From contig NW_027271236.1 in assembly GCF_040938485.1 (NCBI RefSeq), positions 62,001-126,000 on the forward strand: a stretch of DNA of 64,000 nucleotides, given 5' to 3'. How positions within the stretch are numbered: the stretch's first letter is position 1; each line of letters begins with the position of its first letter. Below, in pieces: positions 39,881 to 51,615 of the stretch. The notes under the pieces were generated by a model that was not told the origin of the DNA, made no database searches, and was given only the letters and a program-made list of their open reading frames with translations. Origin of the DNA: Diadema antillarum (taxonomy: Eukaryota). A program made the position numbers and the translations under genes.

Positions 39881-40037
39881 GGCCCCGTTTCATAAAAGAT
39901 GTTAGGATAGCAACTCTTGCTGGAATGACAACTTCCAATAGCAGCAGCCAATCAGGAAGCTGGATTCTTGTCGTTACCACGACAATTGCCATCCCAGCAA
40001 GAGTTGCTATCATATCAATTTTTAATGAAACGGGGCC
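39881..40037. mobile_element. 157-bp PIF/Harbinger-type MITE with CAG TSD
   Basis: CAG-GGCCCCGTTTCAT ... ATGAAACGGGGCC-CAG. Confidence 0.88.
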
Positions 40038-41170
40038 CAGAACTCGGCCTGACACCACCTGTGTTGAAATGCAATGAGACATTCACCTCGTGCTTCAATT
40101 TGCACACTGCTATCAACCAGCACCAGCCTTTTATGAAAAAAAGAAAGAAAGAAAACCCCACCTGCGTTGAAATGATTGCAGTTTGAACAGAATGTACATT
40201 TACAAAGCTGAAAGAGCATTGCAAAGAAAAGTGAATCAAGCTGCTCAGCAAAGTGATAGTTTCTTTGTGGTTCTTCCCAATGACCAGTCTGCCCACACTG
40301 TTCTGTATTGAGATGAAACGTGAACTCTGTTTTCAGAACTTGCTGTTTCTCCATATTTCTGCATCATCAGTGGCTTTACCACTGAAAGAAAAATACTCCA
40401 GATAGTCTTGTCAATAGTGGGTTGGTGTGGTGTGGGAAAATTGACATGTCCATTCCCTTATTACATTTTCAGTGCTGTTACCCTTTGTGATTGAAATGGG
40501 ATTGTGGTGGTGGTATTAAATTCAAGTTTGACCTCTGAATTTAAGTGTTGTGTTGATAAATACACTCTTATTTAAAAAAAAAACACAAATGTGTCTACAT
40601 CCTGTCTATGCACATTTTGCACACAACATAATTGATTAGCATTAAATTTTTAATAACATGTTGAGTCTCAGCACATTAACAGAGAATAATTAGATGGATG
40701 TATGTGTTCTGTAGCACATTGGATGGTTTGATGCAACTCACACAAAACTGACAGGTTTTCTTAAGCTTGTAATAAGGACCAGTATATAGGGTATACAACA
40801 GTGATTAAAATGCTGCTGTGTATAAACATTCCACATTTATTACTCGTCATGTGCAAATTTTTTGTCATCTTCTAAAGTTATAACCAGTTTTACCTCCGTA
40901 CCTGTTGTGACTCCTTGCAAACAAAGAATCATTTAGTGTTTTTCTGTCAAGAAATTGAAATATAGATACGGTGTTTTGTGTTTGACTATCCCTTTGCTTG
41001 TGAAAACTGTTAATTGCTCTTCAGCAAACCATCCAGCTAATCTAAGAATCTCTCGTCATCTTGTCAGTGTCATTCTTGTTGTACCATTTTTTGTGAGAGC
41101 TTTGTCATTAACAAAGGAATAACTTCTTTGTACCGCTCCACCCGACCCCGCCCCGCGCCCTCTGCCACAG

Positions 41171-41270
41171 CTCGGTCCGGATTAGCAAAGAGTATAGCAC
41201 AGGACATAATGCGGGCGACTACACCACCAGTACCACGTCCTCATCACTGAAATACACCCGTTCCACACCA
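41171..41270 (+). CDS. CDC14: CDC14 penultimate (probably skippable) exon (S)SVRISKEYSTGHNAGDYTTSTTSSSLKYTRSTP
   Basis: ccacag acceptor and GTAAGT donor; 100 nt, phase 2 to 0. Ends in RSTP, compared with human CDC14A RSIP at the equivalent junction (recalled). Confidence 0.8.
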
Positions 41271-44200
41271 GTAAGTGGTCCTCTCGCCCATCCATCCCTC
41301 CTCAGTCATCCCCACCCTCTTTCATCTACTTGTAGCTAACAAAAGACTCCCCTGTGGTTATCCTGTCTCGTGCTGTGTTCACTAATGTTCATGTTTCTGA
41401 TGATTTCTTCCTTTCTGTTCTGACTGCATGTGTTGCTGTATCAACCATGATTCTTCTAGATATCTAACACATCTGAGCTCTTTGTCTGAAAAACTTCCTC
41501 CTTCAACCATATCTATTTTTGGTGTTTAGTCTCATCCATGTTTGTCTCTAGACACAAAGTTTCAGTTTCAGTTTCAGTAAGTTTTATTTCTCCACTTGTA
41601 CATAACAGAAAATAATATAAGAATATCGAACATATTAATCACAAGTCATGAAAATATAAACAAAATTTCGCATTACAAATATATAATCATGTGAAATAAT
41701 ACATAAATATCCTTTCAGATCTTAAAGTGTACAGGTGGAGGAGACCGTTATCAAAGTCTTCTTGTCTGTCTGTGTACAATACATGTACATTTCCTTCCAT
41801 TAATCTTCACAGAACAGATGTCTGTTGCTCAATATCCAATCTTTATGATCTCCTTTAGATTGCAAGATGAATGGGCCTATAGGATTAAAAAAAAAGAATC
41901 AGTATGTAAGCTAAACTAAACTAAACTAAAACTAAACAGAAGGGAAACATTATGTGGGGCTTGGTCAATTGGCCAAATGATAAGTGAGTAGCAACAAGAC
42001 ATTGAGAATATGATTTTCATTGTTCCTTTGCTTTCTTAATGGGGTTAATAAACTGAGGATCTTATTGCATCTTCAAAATTCAACCTGTTGGAGGTGTATG
42101 TGTGTTTGTGGGGAGGGGGGGGGGGGGACCACTTTAACTCTAAGATGGTTGCTATGATAAGTCTTTTTTTTCTGACTATGCAACACTCTGTACTGGACAA
42201 TATTGCAACTAATGTGGTGGCAATAATGCCATACCTTTTTAATGTTGTAAAATGGACAAAGCAACTTCAGCTGTGTACTTCTTGGCTTTTTCAGACTTGA
42301 TGGTTCTGTCTCTTTATTTCTTACCAGTACTTTCTTCATCTAAGCCTTTCTATTTAAGGGTCTCTTTTTGTTAATAGTGTTGTTCACTGTGAAGATCATC
42401 CTAACATAGCCAAAAAGATTTGTCAATAATCATCTATCCTTTTGTGTGTACATTAACATATTTTGCCTAGACATGGCATTTATTTTCATTCTAACAAACG
42501 AAAACATGTAGAGTTAACATTCCACTTGTTTCATGTTTGAATCTTGCATGCACTTGTTTTCCCTTTATCACCACCCATTCTTTCATTGTTTCTGAACAAG
42601 AGAGTTAATATCCAGTTCCTGTGTGAAGCTTTCATTCCTAACTCCTCTCCTCAAGTCATATGCCATGCCTAACTTACAGATAACATTGCATGTGTTATGA
42701 TGTGTGAATTGTACCAAACAAATGGAGATGGTTCATCTTGATATTGTCAATGCATTTCTTTCCAAACAGGACAACAGAATGCATCCATGGAGAAATATAG
42801 CACAGTTATACTGTTGTAAAGTACAAATTATAATGTTTCACTAACTACGGATTAATTTTTGTTGTAATTTTGATGATTTGTCATTTTATTTGGCTGCCAT
42901 GTGTATGTATACAACCATGTTTTGAATCTGTTTTACAGGGTGCTTATTACAGGAGTACCAACCCCTGCATCCATGATGATTTGAATAAATATTTCTGACA
43001 AAAATCAGACTTTCCAACCAATCTGAATTTGGAGGAAAGAATCTAAATTTTGACCATTCCCAGCTCTTGTTTCAGTAGGATTTTCATATTTTTCTTGATA
43101 ATTTTACCACACACTCCTATGGGAAGTGCTCTTCTTTTCCTACTTTTGAGCTACATGTAAACCCAAACCTATTTTTCAGTCAGAAAGGTTAGGAGGTCTG
43201 CCTGTGAATATAACAATGTGATTTAGCTTTGGTTGGCAAGAGAGAAATGATCATGTACTTTTTAAAAATTTGTATGGTATAACATTTGACAAAATAAATG
43301 AAGGCTTGATAAGATTGTGTAAGTATCTTTGATACACATTTCTTTCTTTTTTCTTTTGCTGGTATGTCACCTATACCTCCCTTCCCAGTACTGCTTACTA
43401 AGAGCAACACGTGGCTTTGTATGTCACAGTGATTACATTTTAGAGTTCATATACTGCGGTATGAGTTGGTGGTAGATAAAGAAGTTGATTGTAGTTTAGC
43501 AATTTTATCACTTCATGTATCACATTTTTGCTCTGATTACTGGCAGAATGATTTAAGGAATCAAAACACTGACCTGCACAAAACTGAAAGACTGTAAAGT
43601 TTGCTAGAGTCTTTCATCGGCCTGCATCTGTTGTTTATTTACATATTTCTACCTTGTATTCAAACAGACACTGTACCTGTATGTACTGATTAACGTGCAT
43701 GAATCGTGAAAAAACTCCCCCAAAAACTGAACAGTCCTATTGTGGCAACATCATCTATTGATAGATAAATCTTGAATCAATCCATCGTGAGCATTTTCAA
43801 ATGCTCTTATGTAGATGTATGTATTATGAATGTTGTTAGTGTGATATGCACTCCTTATTGTGTAGGCATATAAGTCCACAAGCTTTATGTAGATCACCAA
43901 AATGCATGCATTTGACACTGATTCGTGTCAGTCCTTAGCCTACGCATATTTAGCCAGAATCATGTGATATTTAGCATAGGATGCATGAATAAAACAGCTG
44001 TCACTTTATATCTGAACAGAAATGTAAAACCATCCTCAGGGATGCCATCTCGTTCATTTTTCCTTTTTTTCAGTATTTGTACTATTTTTTTTTTCCAAAA
44101 TTACTGCAGCTTTCATCCATAATACTGTCTTTCCCAAATTGTATTACTTCACATATCCATTGCAGGAAAGTAAGCATTTTTAAAAAACCAAATAATAGAA

Positions 44201-44403
44201 TTTTCACCCCTCAGAACAATGCAGTGCTGTTTATAACATGTGCATCTCTCAAACAGAAATGTAAAGCCATATAAAGCAGTAGAAAAACAAAAAACAAAAA
44301 AGCAATTTAAGAATAAAGCTCCAACGTGGTATGAGATTATGTTCTAACCATCACCCGTTTTCTTTTTCAAATACATTCTCCTTCCCTCCGCTACCTGACA
44401 AAG

Positions 44404-44538
44404 GCACTAATAGCTAGTGGCAGGTTGAGATATCTCGAGGCCAACTTAGCCAACCACCCAAGGAGATACATATACATGTACGACCCAGGACAGCCTGTCT
44501 ACCCAGATTATGTAAACTCCCAGTTTTGTGTCTTTGTG
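44404..44538 (+). CDS. CDC14: Candidate CDC14 cassette exon ALIASGRLRYLEANLANHPRRYIYMYDPGQPVYPDY(VNSQFCVFV)
   Basis: Pyrimidine tract, ctaac branch-like motif near 44344, aag acceptor at 44403. Donors at 44512 (GTAAAC, weak) or 44539 (GTACGC) both give phase 0 to 0. Confidence 0.45.
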
Positions 44539-44725
44539 GTACGCCATCACAGTTGCCTAATGAGTTGGGCACGTTTGCTTGCGTGCCAGAGAGCTATAAA
44601 TGTACATCTGGCGTCGTCCTTGTTTTCTCGTGGACATGTTTTTGTGTCGAGCTCACTTTGATTTTAGCTTTGAAGGTCTCGCTGCCTGAGAATCCCTACT
44701 TTTGATTTTTTCCCCCATTCTGTAG

Positions 44726-44960
44726 ACTGTCTTTCCTCATTACACTCGTCTTTGGTTACATAGCCCTCTCGCTCGGCACTGTATACTTTGTGTTTCAGAA
44801 GGTCAGCCTCATATCTGTGGCAAAGCATTATTATCACCGTTTCATTATTGGCTTGTTTGCAGCTTCTTGCTTGGTGTCAGATGTTGTACTGAAGTTAATT
44901 CCGTTGTTTGTCTCAGGTATGAATGCAGGTATGGCTAGAGAACTGACTAAGAGGAGATGA
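44726..44960 (+). CDS. CDC14: Candidate hydrophobic alternative CDC14 exon (R)LSFLITLVFGYIALSLGTVYFVFQKVSLISVAKHYYHRFIIGLFAASCLVSDVVLKLIPLFVS(GMNAGMARELTKRR*)
   Basis: ttttttcccccattctgtag acceptor. Phase-2 entry matches the donor at 39167. 77 further sense codons run to TGA 44958-60. Strong donors at 44917 (cag|GTATGA) and 44929 (cag|GTATGG), both phase 1. Confidence 0.62.
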
Positions 44961-47311
44961 AAACAATCTAACCTTGCCTGGAAAGCTTTGCTGCAGTGAA
45001 ATCGTACATTTGCTGCCTAAACTTTAGGGAGATGAGGCAAACAGTAGTGTTGAAATTTTGAAACAAAATGAAATGAAAGAATTAAAGTCAAAATTGTTAG
45101 TTGAGTCCTATCATAGAAGGCTCCCAGTTGATTGATGTATTGTTGCTTTTTAAACCCAAATTTAGCAGTTTCAGTACTAGATTCATCAGAAGGTGCAAGC
45201 AGTAGTTTTAGGAAGCTGGAACCCCGTCACCAGAGAAGTGGCTTTCAAGCATGGCCACGTGATCATGTAATCATGCTTCAGCCCCCACTCCCACAAAAAA
45301 AAGAAAAGATAAAAAGAAGAAAACTTAACAGACAGTTGTCAGAGGTATACGTTTTCAAGCTGCCAAGAGGGCCATTCATCTCTGTGTATGTTCCAGATTT
45401 TGTTCATATGATTTAAGAATGTGTTTTCCATGATTGTTTGCTAGAAATCAGTAAACATTAGAAGATATAATTTTCCAGCCAAGCCTTCAGGTAGAAAAGA
45501 AAATTCAGTCAGTTGTTATTCTGTATGATAGACAGAAATAGACTGGAACACTTTTCTTTTGTGCTTCTGAATAGGAACAAAGGTCAGAGGTCAAGAGTTA
45601 TGAATTTTATCTGACATGAATAAAGGGTCGCGTGTGTAGGAGAATGGTTAGTGACTGACTGCATGAGATGGCAGAGGCAATCCAGTGGCTGTGTGTGTAG
45701 AATTGTTATCGTTGTGTTTTTTCATCTATCTGTGTGCGTGCAAAGTGTTGATCTTGGTATCTTGAATTCTGTTTCAGTTGTCAAATCTTGAATATTGTGA
45801 TTAGTTGGAGCTGTCCTGTTAATTTTTGCTAGCCCTACTCAACCTGTTTGTCTTGACTGTGCAAGAGACTGCTGTATGCTAATATTTCTGCTACCAGAAA
45901 TATTACTGTGAGGTGGCCCCTTACATGTACATGCTTTCCGTACTGCTCCTTTCCTTTTGTGGACAATGCAGGCCTCGCGCCGATCACGGGTTGCTCCCGC
46001 CATTTGCCGCTGCTACGAAATGGTCCAAGTTTGGTAAAAGAGGCACGGCTTGCCTTGCATGGCAACTGCATGCATGAAGCTCAGCTGACATGAGAAAGGC
46101 TTGCACTGTACATGTGTGTTTTACAACGAGTTGTTCTCACACATCGGTTGAGCATGCTTCCCCAGTTTTTTCTTTAAATAGGAAATGGTGCATTACATGT
46201 AACCATACATGTTTTCATATATTACTGACAAATTTATGAAGTGTCCATGAATGCCTCTCACATATTCTAATGTGCTCATGTCCGTGGAAGTGCATGGCCA
46301 CTTTTTATTGTCACATAAGAATTATGCCTTCAACAGTTATGAAATAATCTGCCCTTTTGAGAATGTGAGCTCTTTCTTTTCTTTAAAGCCTGATACTTCT
46401 TTAGTAAGCATACATTGCTCCTTTATTCTCTGTTAAACATTTACAATGAGTGTTCTTACATATGATTTTTTTGTCCAAAGATTTTTGCTTATGAGAAAAA
46501 GAGGAAATGACATGCTACCTACAATGCATTTGTCTATGGAACTCTTCTCAAGTATTTGGATGAATGAATTTGATTCTGTTTTCTGAATTGGAGTTCCCGG
46601 GGTTCCCTTATTTCAAAGAAGGCCAAGCATTTGATGGAGGTTTAAATGGGAAGTGATACATGTACATGTATGCAGCAATTTGAAGAAGTAATTATTTTCC
46701 ATTGAGTTCCAAACTACATTGTATTCTTGTTGATGATCACAAGATCACAAGTATTGTGTCTACTCTCTCTATTTCACAATAAGTTGCAGAATTTCATTTA
46801 AGCTAAAATTAGATGCCAGTGATTTATTTTGCCCATCATTTTTTATTTTTTTTTATTTCATGGCCCTGTAAATCTATTCTCAAAATTGGATGTATGCATG
46901 TCGATTCAACCTTGAGATTCTGCTTAAGTTGATTTAGTCATTCTTGAATGTGCAATCCTTACAGTATATGATTTGCTTCTTTTTTTTTCAGCTATTGTAC
47001 CGATTCATCAACACAAATCTCTTGATTTACCTTGCTTTGAAGGAAATGCAAACAGAATAGTCAATCCTTCTATTATGTCACTCATCAATTTTCCATTGTC
47101 ATTAATGATCATCCCTAACACAGAATTTACTCCATTTAATATGATCCACTTTGTACTATTCTGACATGCAGTTGTTCAGTCAATAAGTATCTGTGTGTGT
47201 GTGTGTGTGTATGTGTATGTATGTATCCAAACCTATCCAACTTTTGATAATGAAACCATTTCGATTGTGATCTGAAACCAGAGAGTTGAAATGCCCGTCA
47301 TATCCTCCCAG

Positions 47312-47373
47312 GTAATCCAACAGTTATACTCCAGCACAACCCGAGACAAAGTATATTCTGTCTCGTACCCGGG
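47312..47373 (+). CDS. CDC14: Candidate frame-switching cassette exon VIQQLYSSTTRDKVYSVSYP(G); may start at 47282 (adds RVEMPVISSQ)
   Basis: cctcccag acceptor and gg|GTGAGT consensus donor at 47374. 62 or 92 nt, phase 0 to 2, no stop codons. Confidence 0.4.
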
Positions 47374-48239
47374 GTGAGTGGAATCAAATGACGGGAGGAA
47401 ATCCTGCCTCCTTCATCCTCCTTTCCACCTATATTTATCTTCCGATTCAACAACATCCAAACTTGACAAGCTTCCATTCAGTGAGTCAGGTAGTGAGTGA
47501 GCTACATCTCAATCATAATGATTTCAAATAACCCAACATCTTTTAGCATCCTGCTTCACTCTGATTTATTGACTGCTGAGCTCACTTACATCTTATGCCT
47601 TCCTAGTTTCAGATTCATAAAAAGGATCTACACTGAAAATTTCTACCAATTACTCCTCTCTTTGCTTGTGCATCATTCCCACAAAGAAATGTCACACATT
47701 CTTCATGGTTCTTCCTGGAGGAGCCACAAAATAAGGCTTCATAGTATTCAAAATTCACTTCAAGTCAGTCAGAAGGTCTGTATTGATTTTAGCAAGTAGC
47801 TAGGTTTTTAACAAAGTCCTCTCGTTGCCAAATCTGATCAAAAGAAATCTTTCAATACATGAGATTTTAAATAAGAATATTTTCACACCACTTTTATCAC
47901 CGTCAATTTCACCTATTTCTTTAAACAATTTTTAATTATCAATGATAAACAAGAGGATATAAGAGTGGTTGTTTACATTGCTACTAGAATCATAAAAGTG
48001 ATACAGATTCAAAAAAAGCTACAGTGAAGTAGAAAGATGTGTTCCCGAAAGGGCTACCTCATTATATTTGTGATAAAGACTGCACAAGCCATGCATGACA
48101 GTTACATGTAGCTGAAAAGGGACTTTGGGGAGGGCTGCCCATAGGCTGCTTTGTAGTTTTACACACATCAAAGGCCGTATGGTATGCGCATTGCCCCATT
48201 ACCTCAACGAAAATCATTTTCTCTACATCAAGTGCTTAA

Positions 48240-48808
48240 AGGACAAGTTCACCTTCACAAACATAAGGATTGAGAAAATGCAACAATATAAGTAGAGCAC
48301 ATCAGTGAAAGTTTGAGGAAAATTGGACAATCGATGCAAAAGTTATGAATTTTTTAAATTTTTGTGTTGGAACCGCTGGATGAGGAGACTACTACAGCTT
48401 GTGAGTCATATGCGTACAACAGTATAAAGAAAATGTAAAAGAAAATTCAACATATTTTCACTTTTTTCGCACAATAAAAGAGCACTTGACTTGCCTCTTT
48501 CTAAAGGCAGGGGGAATAGTATTACCCATAACATTTGTCGGTAACGAGGCAGGGGAATGTGTACTTTTTCGAAAAGATGGAGTTTTGTGAAATTCTCTTT
48601 ATATTTTCCTTATATTGTTGTACGCATGTGACATCTAAGTTATTCGTACACTGCAGTAGTCTTCTCATCCAGCGGGTACTGCACAAAAACTTCAAAAATT
48701 CATAACTTTTGAACGGATTGTCTGATTTTCCTCAAAATTTCAATGATGTGTTCTACTAATATTGCTACATTCTCTCAATCCTTATGTTTATGAAGGTGAA
48801 CTTGTCCT
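48240..48808 (+). mobile_element. Full-length 569-bp Kolobok-like MITE with TTAA TSD
   Basis: TTAA-AGGACAAGTTCACCTTCA ... TGAAGGTGAACTTGTCCT-TTAA, with long imperfect arms. Confidence 0.92.
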
Positions 48809-49139
48809 TTAAACTGGGAAGGATCTCCAGAAATTCATCCACATTCCAATATATTATCTCATCCAGCTCACAACTGATTATATATACACTCGACCACTCC
48901 TATCTATGGGCAAGTTCACTGCATTGATTGAGGTGAATTTGATCCAGTCGATGAAACATTCAAAGAATAGAGGAAGAAAGAAAGAGAAAGAGAAATGTAT
49001 TATGCCTTTGACTTTAGAAGCATTCTTGTGTTATACTTAAAAGCTTCCACTGACAAAAAATGCATGTGTACAATGCTACCTTTGGCCATGATTTTTGTGT
49101 GTAACCTGGCTGTAATTACTCAAATGCATGTTTAGAACC

Positions 49140-49334
49140 TACTGTAAAAGTGGATATTTTCGCCCGACTAATTTATCGCGCTTGGCAAGGTATGAAGAGT
49201 TTTGCATGTTTTTAGTTCAGCGGAATCGAGACGTCAACTACTGGAACGGATGGCTAGCAAGAATATTTGCTTGCTTTTATTTTCGCGCTAGTTTTCTAGT
49301 TGCGCGAAATCCGCAAAAATTTCCACTTTTTCAG
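49140..49334 (+). mobile_element. Tc1/mariner-type MITE, copy D (degenerate right end)
   Basis: TACTGTAAAAGTGGATATTTTCG start and AAAATTTCCACTTTTTCAG end. Confidence 0.85.
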
Positions 49335-51030
49335 GATGTGATGTGATTTTTTTTTTCCTTTAGTGTAGTTGCATGATTAGTTCCCTTGAAAACTTGCTCC
49401 CTCCCTCAGAAAATGCAAGCCACTTCTGCTTTGTTTTGTGTGTGTTTTTCATTTTTTTAAATTCAGTCTGAATCTGCATGAAATGGGTGACCCTTCAGGT
49501 CTTACCGCGAAGGGTCATAGGTCAGGGGACACGTGAATGATGACAAACCAGGTGTCACTTGATTGGTCTCTAGTTAGGCATCACCTTATGGCTCACTAGT
49601 CGAGTGTCCCCTATTGGCTCACTTGTTAAGTGTCATTTGATTAGTCACCAGCCATACGTCTGTCACTTGAGATTACTGAAGTACAGTGTAGCTCTTGTGA
49701 GCAAGCTTGTCAACTCTGTTGAGTTGGTTTGTGGATAACATTGACCATTCGAAATGTGTAGCTTGCACAAATTGCCAAATGGAGCAACCCTTTGCATGTT
49801 TACGTGTGAATTGATATGATTGCTCGGATTCTCTTTTGTTTTTGTTTAAATGCTCAAAGCATCTTCCAGTTGGCTTTGAAAAATGAACTGTATCTGATGT
49901 CAATATCCCTTTCAGACTCAGCTGGATGTTAAAACTCATTTACACAACTTAAGTCATCATTAAAATTGCAGTGAGTGCATATCTGTTTGATGTTCTCATG
50001 ATAATTTTGCAAATTACAGCTGCAACATTGCCCATCGATTATTATTTTTTCTCTCTCCTCTATTTTAATGACTGTTCCTGCAAGTTGCAATTGATCATTG
50101 CCTTGCCTCCAAGTTTATTTTTCTTCCAGTTTTCATATGTGTCATCTACATTCAATATTTATCTTCATTCAATATTTATTTCTTCATTTCAGCTACAAGA
50201 TTCTGCTGCCATTATACACTTTTTGTTTTCCTCGTTTGAGGTCATTTCAGCATTCTTCTTTACGCAGCTTCAAGACATGTCATTCTCTTTTTTTAAAATC
50301 TCTCCTTGTGCCGCATTGCATCTCTTTGACTAATGTCAGACATACCTTTTGATTTTTTTTTTACACGATTCCTCAGCCGTTTCTCTGTATTCATTTATTC
50401 ATTTATGCTTTATCATAAGCACAATGTAACATATTCACATGCCATCCAACTGAGTGATTGGCAAGTACAAGAAAATGTCATTTCCAGGCATGATTGATGT
50501 GCTGTCAGTGTACTCAGTTCCTTTAAAGATGCACCTTTAATACAGAAGCATGTAACTTATTATCATTCTTCTTTTTTTTTTCATTTCTTTTCTACTGAAA
50601 AAGATGTTGATTTGTTTTTATACTGAAAAAAAAAAAATTTAAAATTGGTAAAATCTGTTGTTTTTAGTGAAATCATGTCTCAGAGCCAACTAGGAGAAGT
50701 TGTGTTTTATTTGTGCTCTGCTGTGATTGACCAGTAAAAGCTACATTGTACAATGTGTATATGCCTCAAGATTAAGTTGTGAAAAGACATTAAAAGTATG
50801 TGCATTTGAGGTTAGATCGAAGTAGAAAATGTGCTGCATATCACAAGTAAGCACTTTCAACAGAACATATCAGTAATATGTGAATGGGCCCAAGAAGTGG
50901 CCTATGTATTGCATTTATCAGAATTATTTTGGAAATTCTGTAGCATCAATGAACTAGAGTATGATAATATTAAGAGGCTAACTGAAGTATTTTTTTTCTT
51001 TCTTTTCATGTTTTTCTCACCATGCCACAG

Positions 51031-51110
51031 TCGTACAAGCCCTCGTATTCATTCTACTAAGTCGGCAGCGCTTCGCTGATCCTGATCCCGTGACCCGTCT
51101 CCTCTCCTAA
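51031..51110 (+). CDS. CDC14: CDC14 terminal exon: frame 0 SYKPSYSFY* (stop 51058-60); phase 2 (S)RTSPRIHSTKSAALR* (stop 51077-79); phase 1 (V)VQALVFILLSRQRFADPDPVTRLLS* (stop 51108-10)
   Basis: Very strong pyrimidine tract plus ccacag acceptor at 51030, followed by a GC/CpG-rich block. Frame 0 and phase 2 peptides resemble the human CDC14A (SLQSEYVHY*) and CDC14B (SLSISRTKTVLR*) termini (recalled). Confidence 0.82.
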
Positions 51111-51615
51111 GCGTTCCCTCCACTCCTCCTTCACCCTTGCTGTGGCCTTCCAGACAATGACGACGAGGAACAAGACTCGCGTTCACACATCACACAATCT
51201 TCTCAGGAATTTTGATGGAGAGAGTTCACACTCTGACAAGGATTTCAGAGAAAGAGAGAAAAAAAAACAACAACTTTTTCACATCTTCTTTCCTACTCGC
51301 TGATGTATTCTATGCCCAAAGTGCCTTGTGAATGTTCTCAGAGTAGAACAGCTGAACACCATTGACTTGTATATGTCCTTCTGTCGGGTTCGTTGTCCCC
51401 TGTTTTACTAGATCTTTCTGCAAACTTTTATTTCAGCTCATAGCCTTTCTATTTAATTTTTGCCTTTTTATATATGCTCTGTACATAGTAGATTAAGTTA
51501 TGATTTTTAATGGGAGACCTGAGCTAATTTATCAGCCTTACGTATTCTCTTTCTGAAGTCCTTAATTTTTTCCCCTTTATTGTGCCAGGATGTTTTTAGT
51601 TGAATACATCCATGT

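Noticed and set aside
27612-46066. Additional RFX half-sites (e.g. 27612, 42148, 46053)
   Set aside because: Partial matches of this kind are expected by chance; only the strongest were kept.
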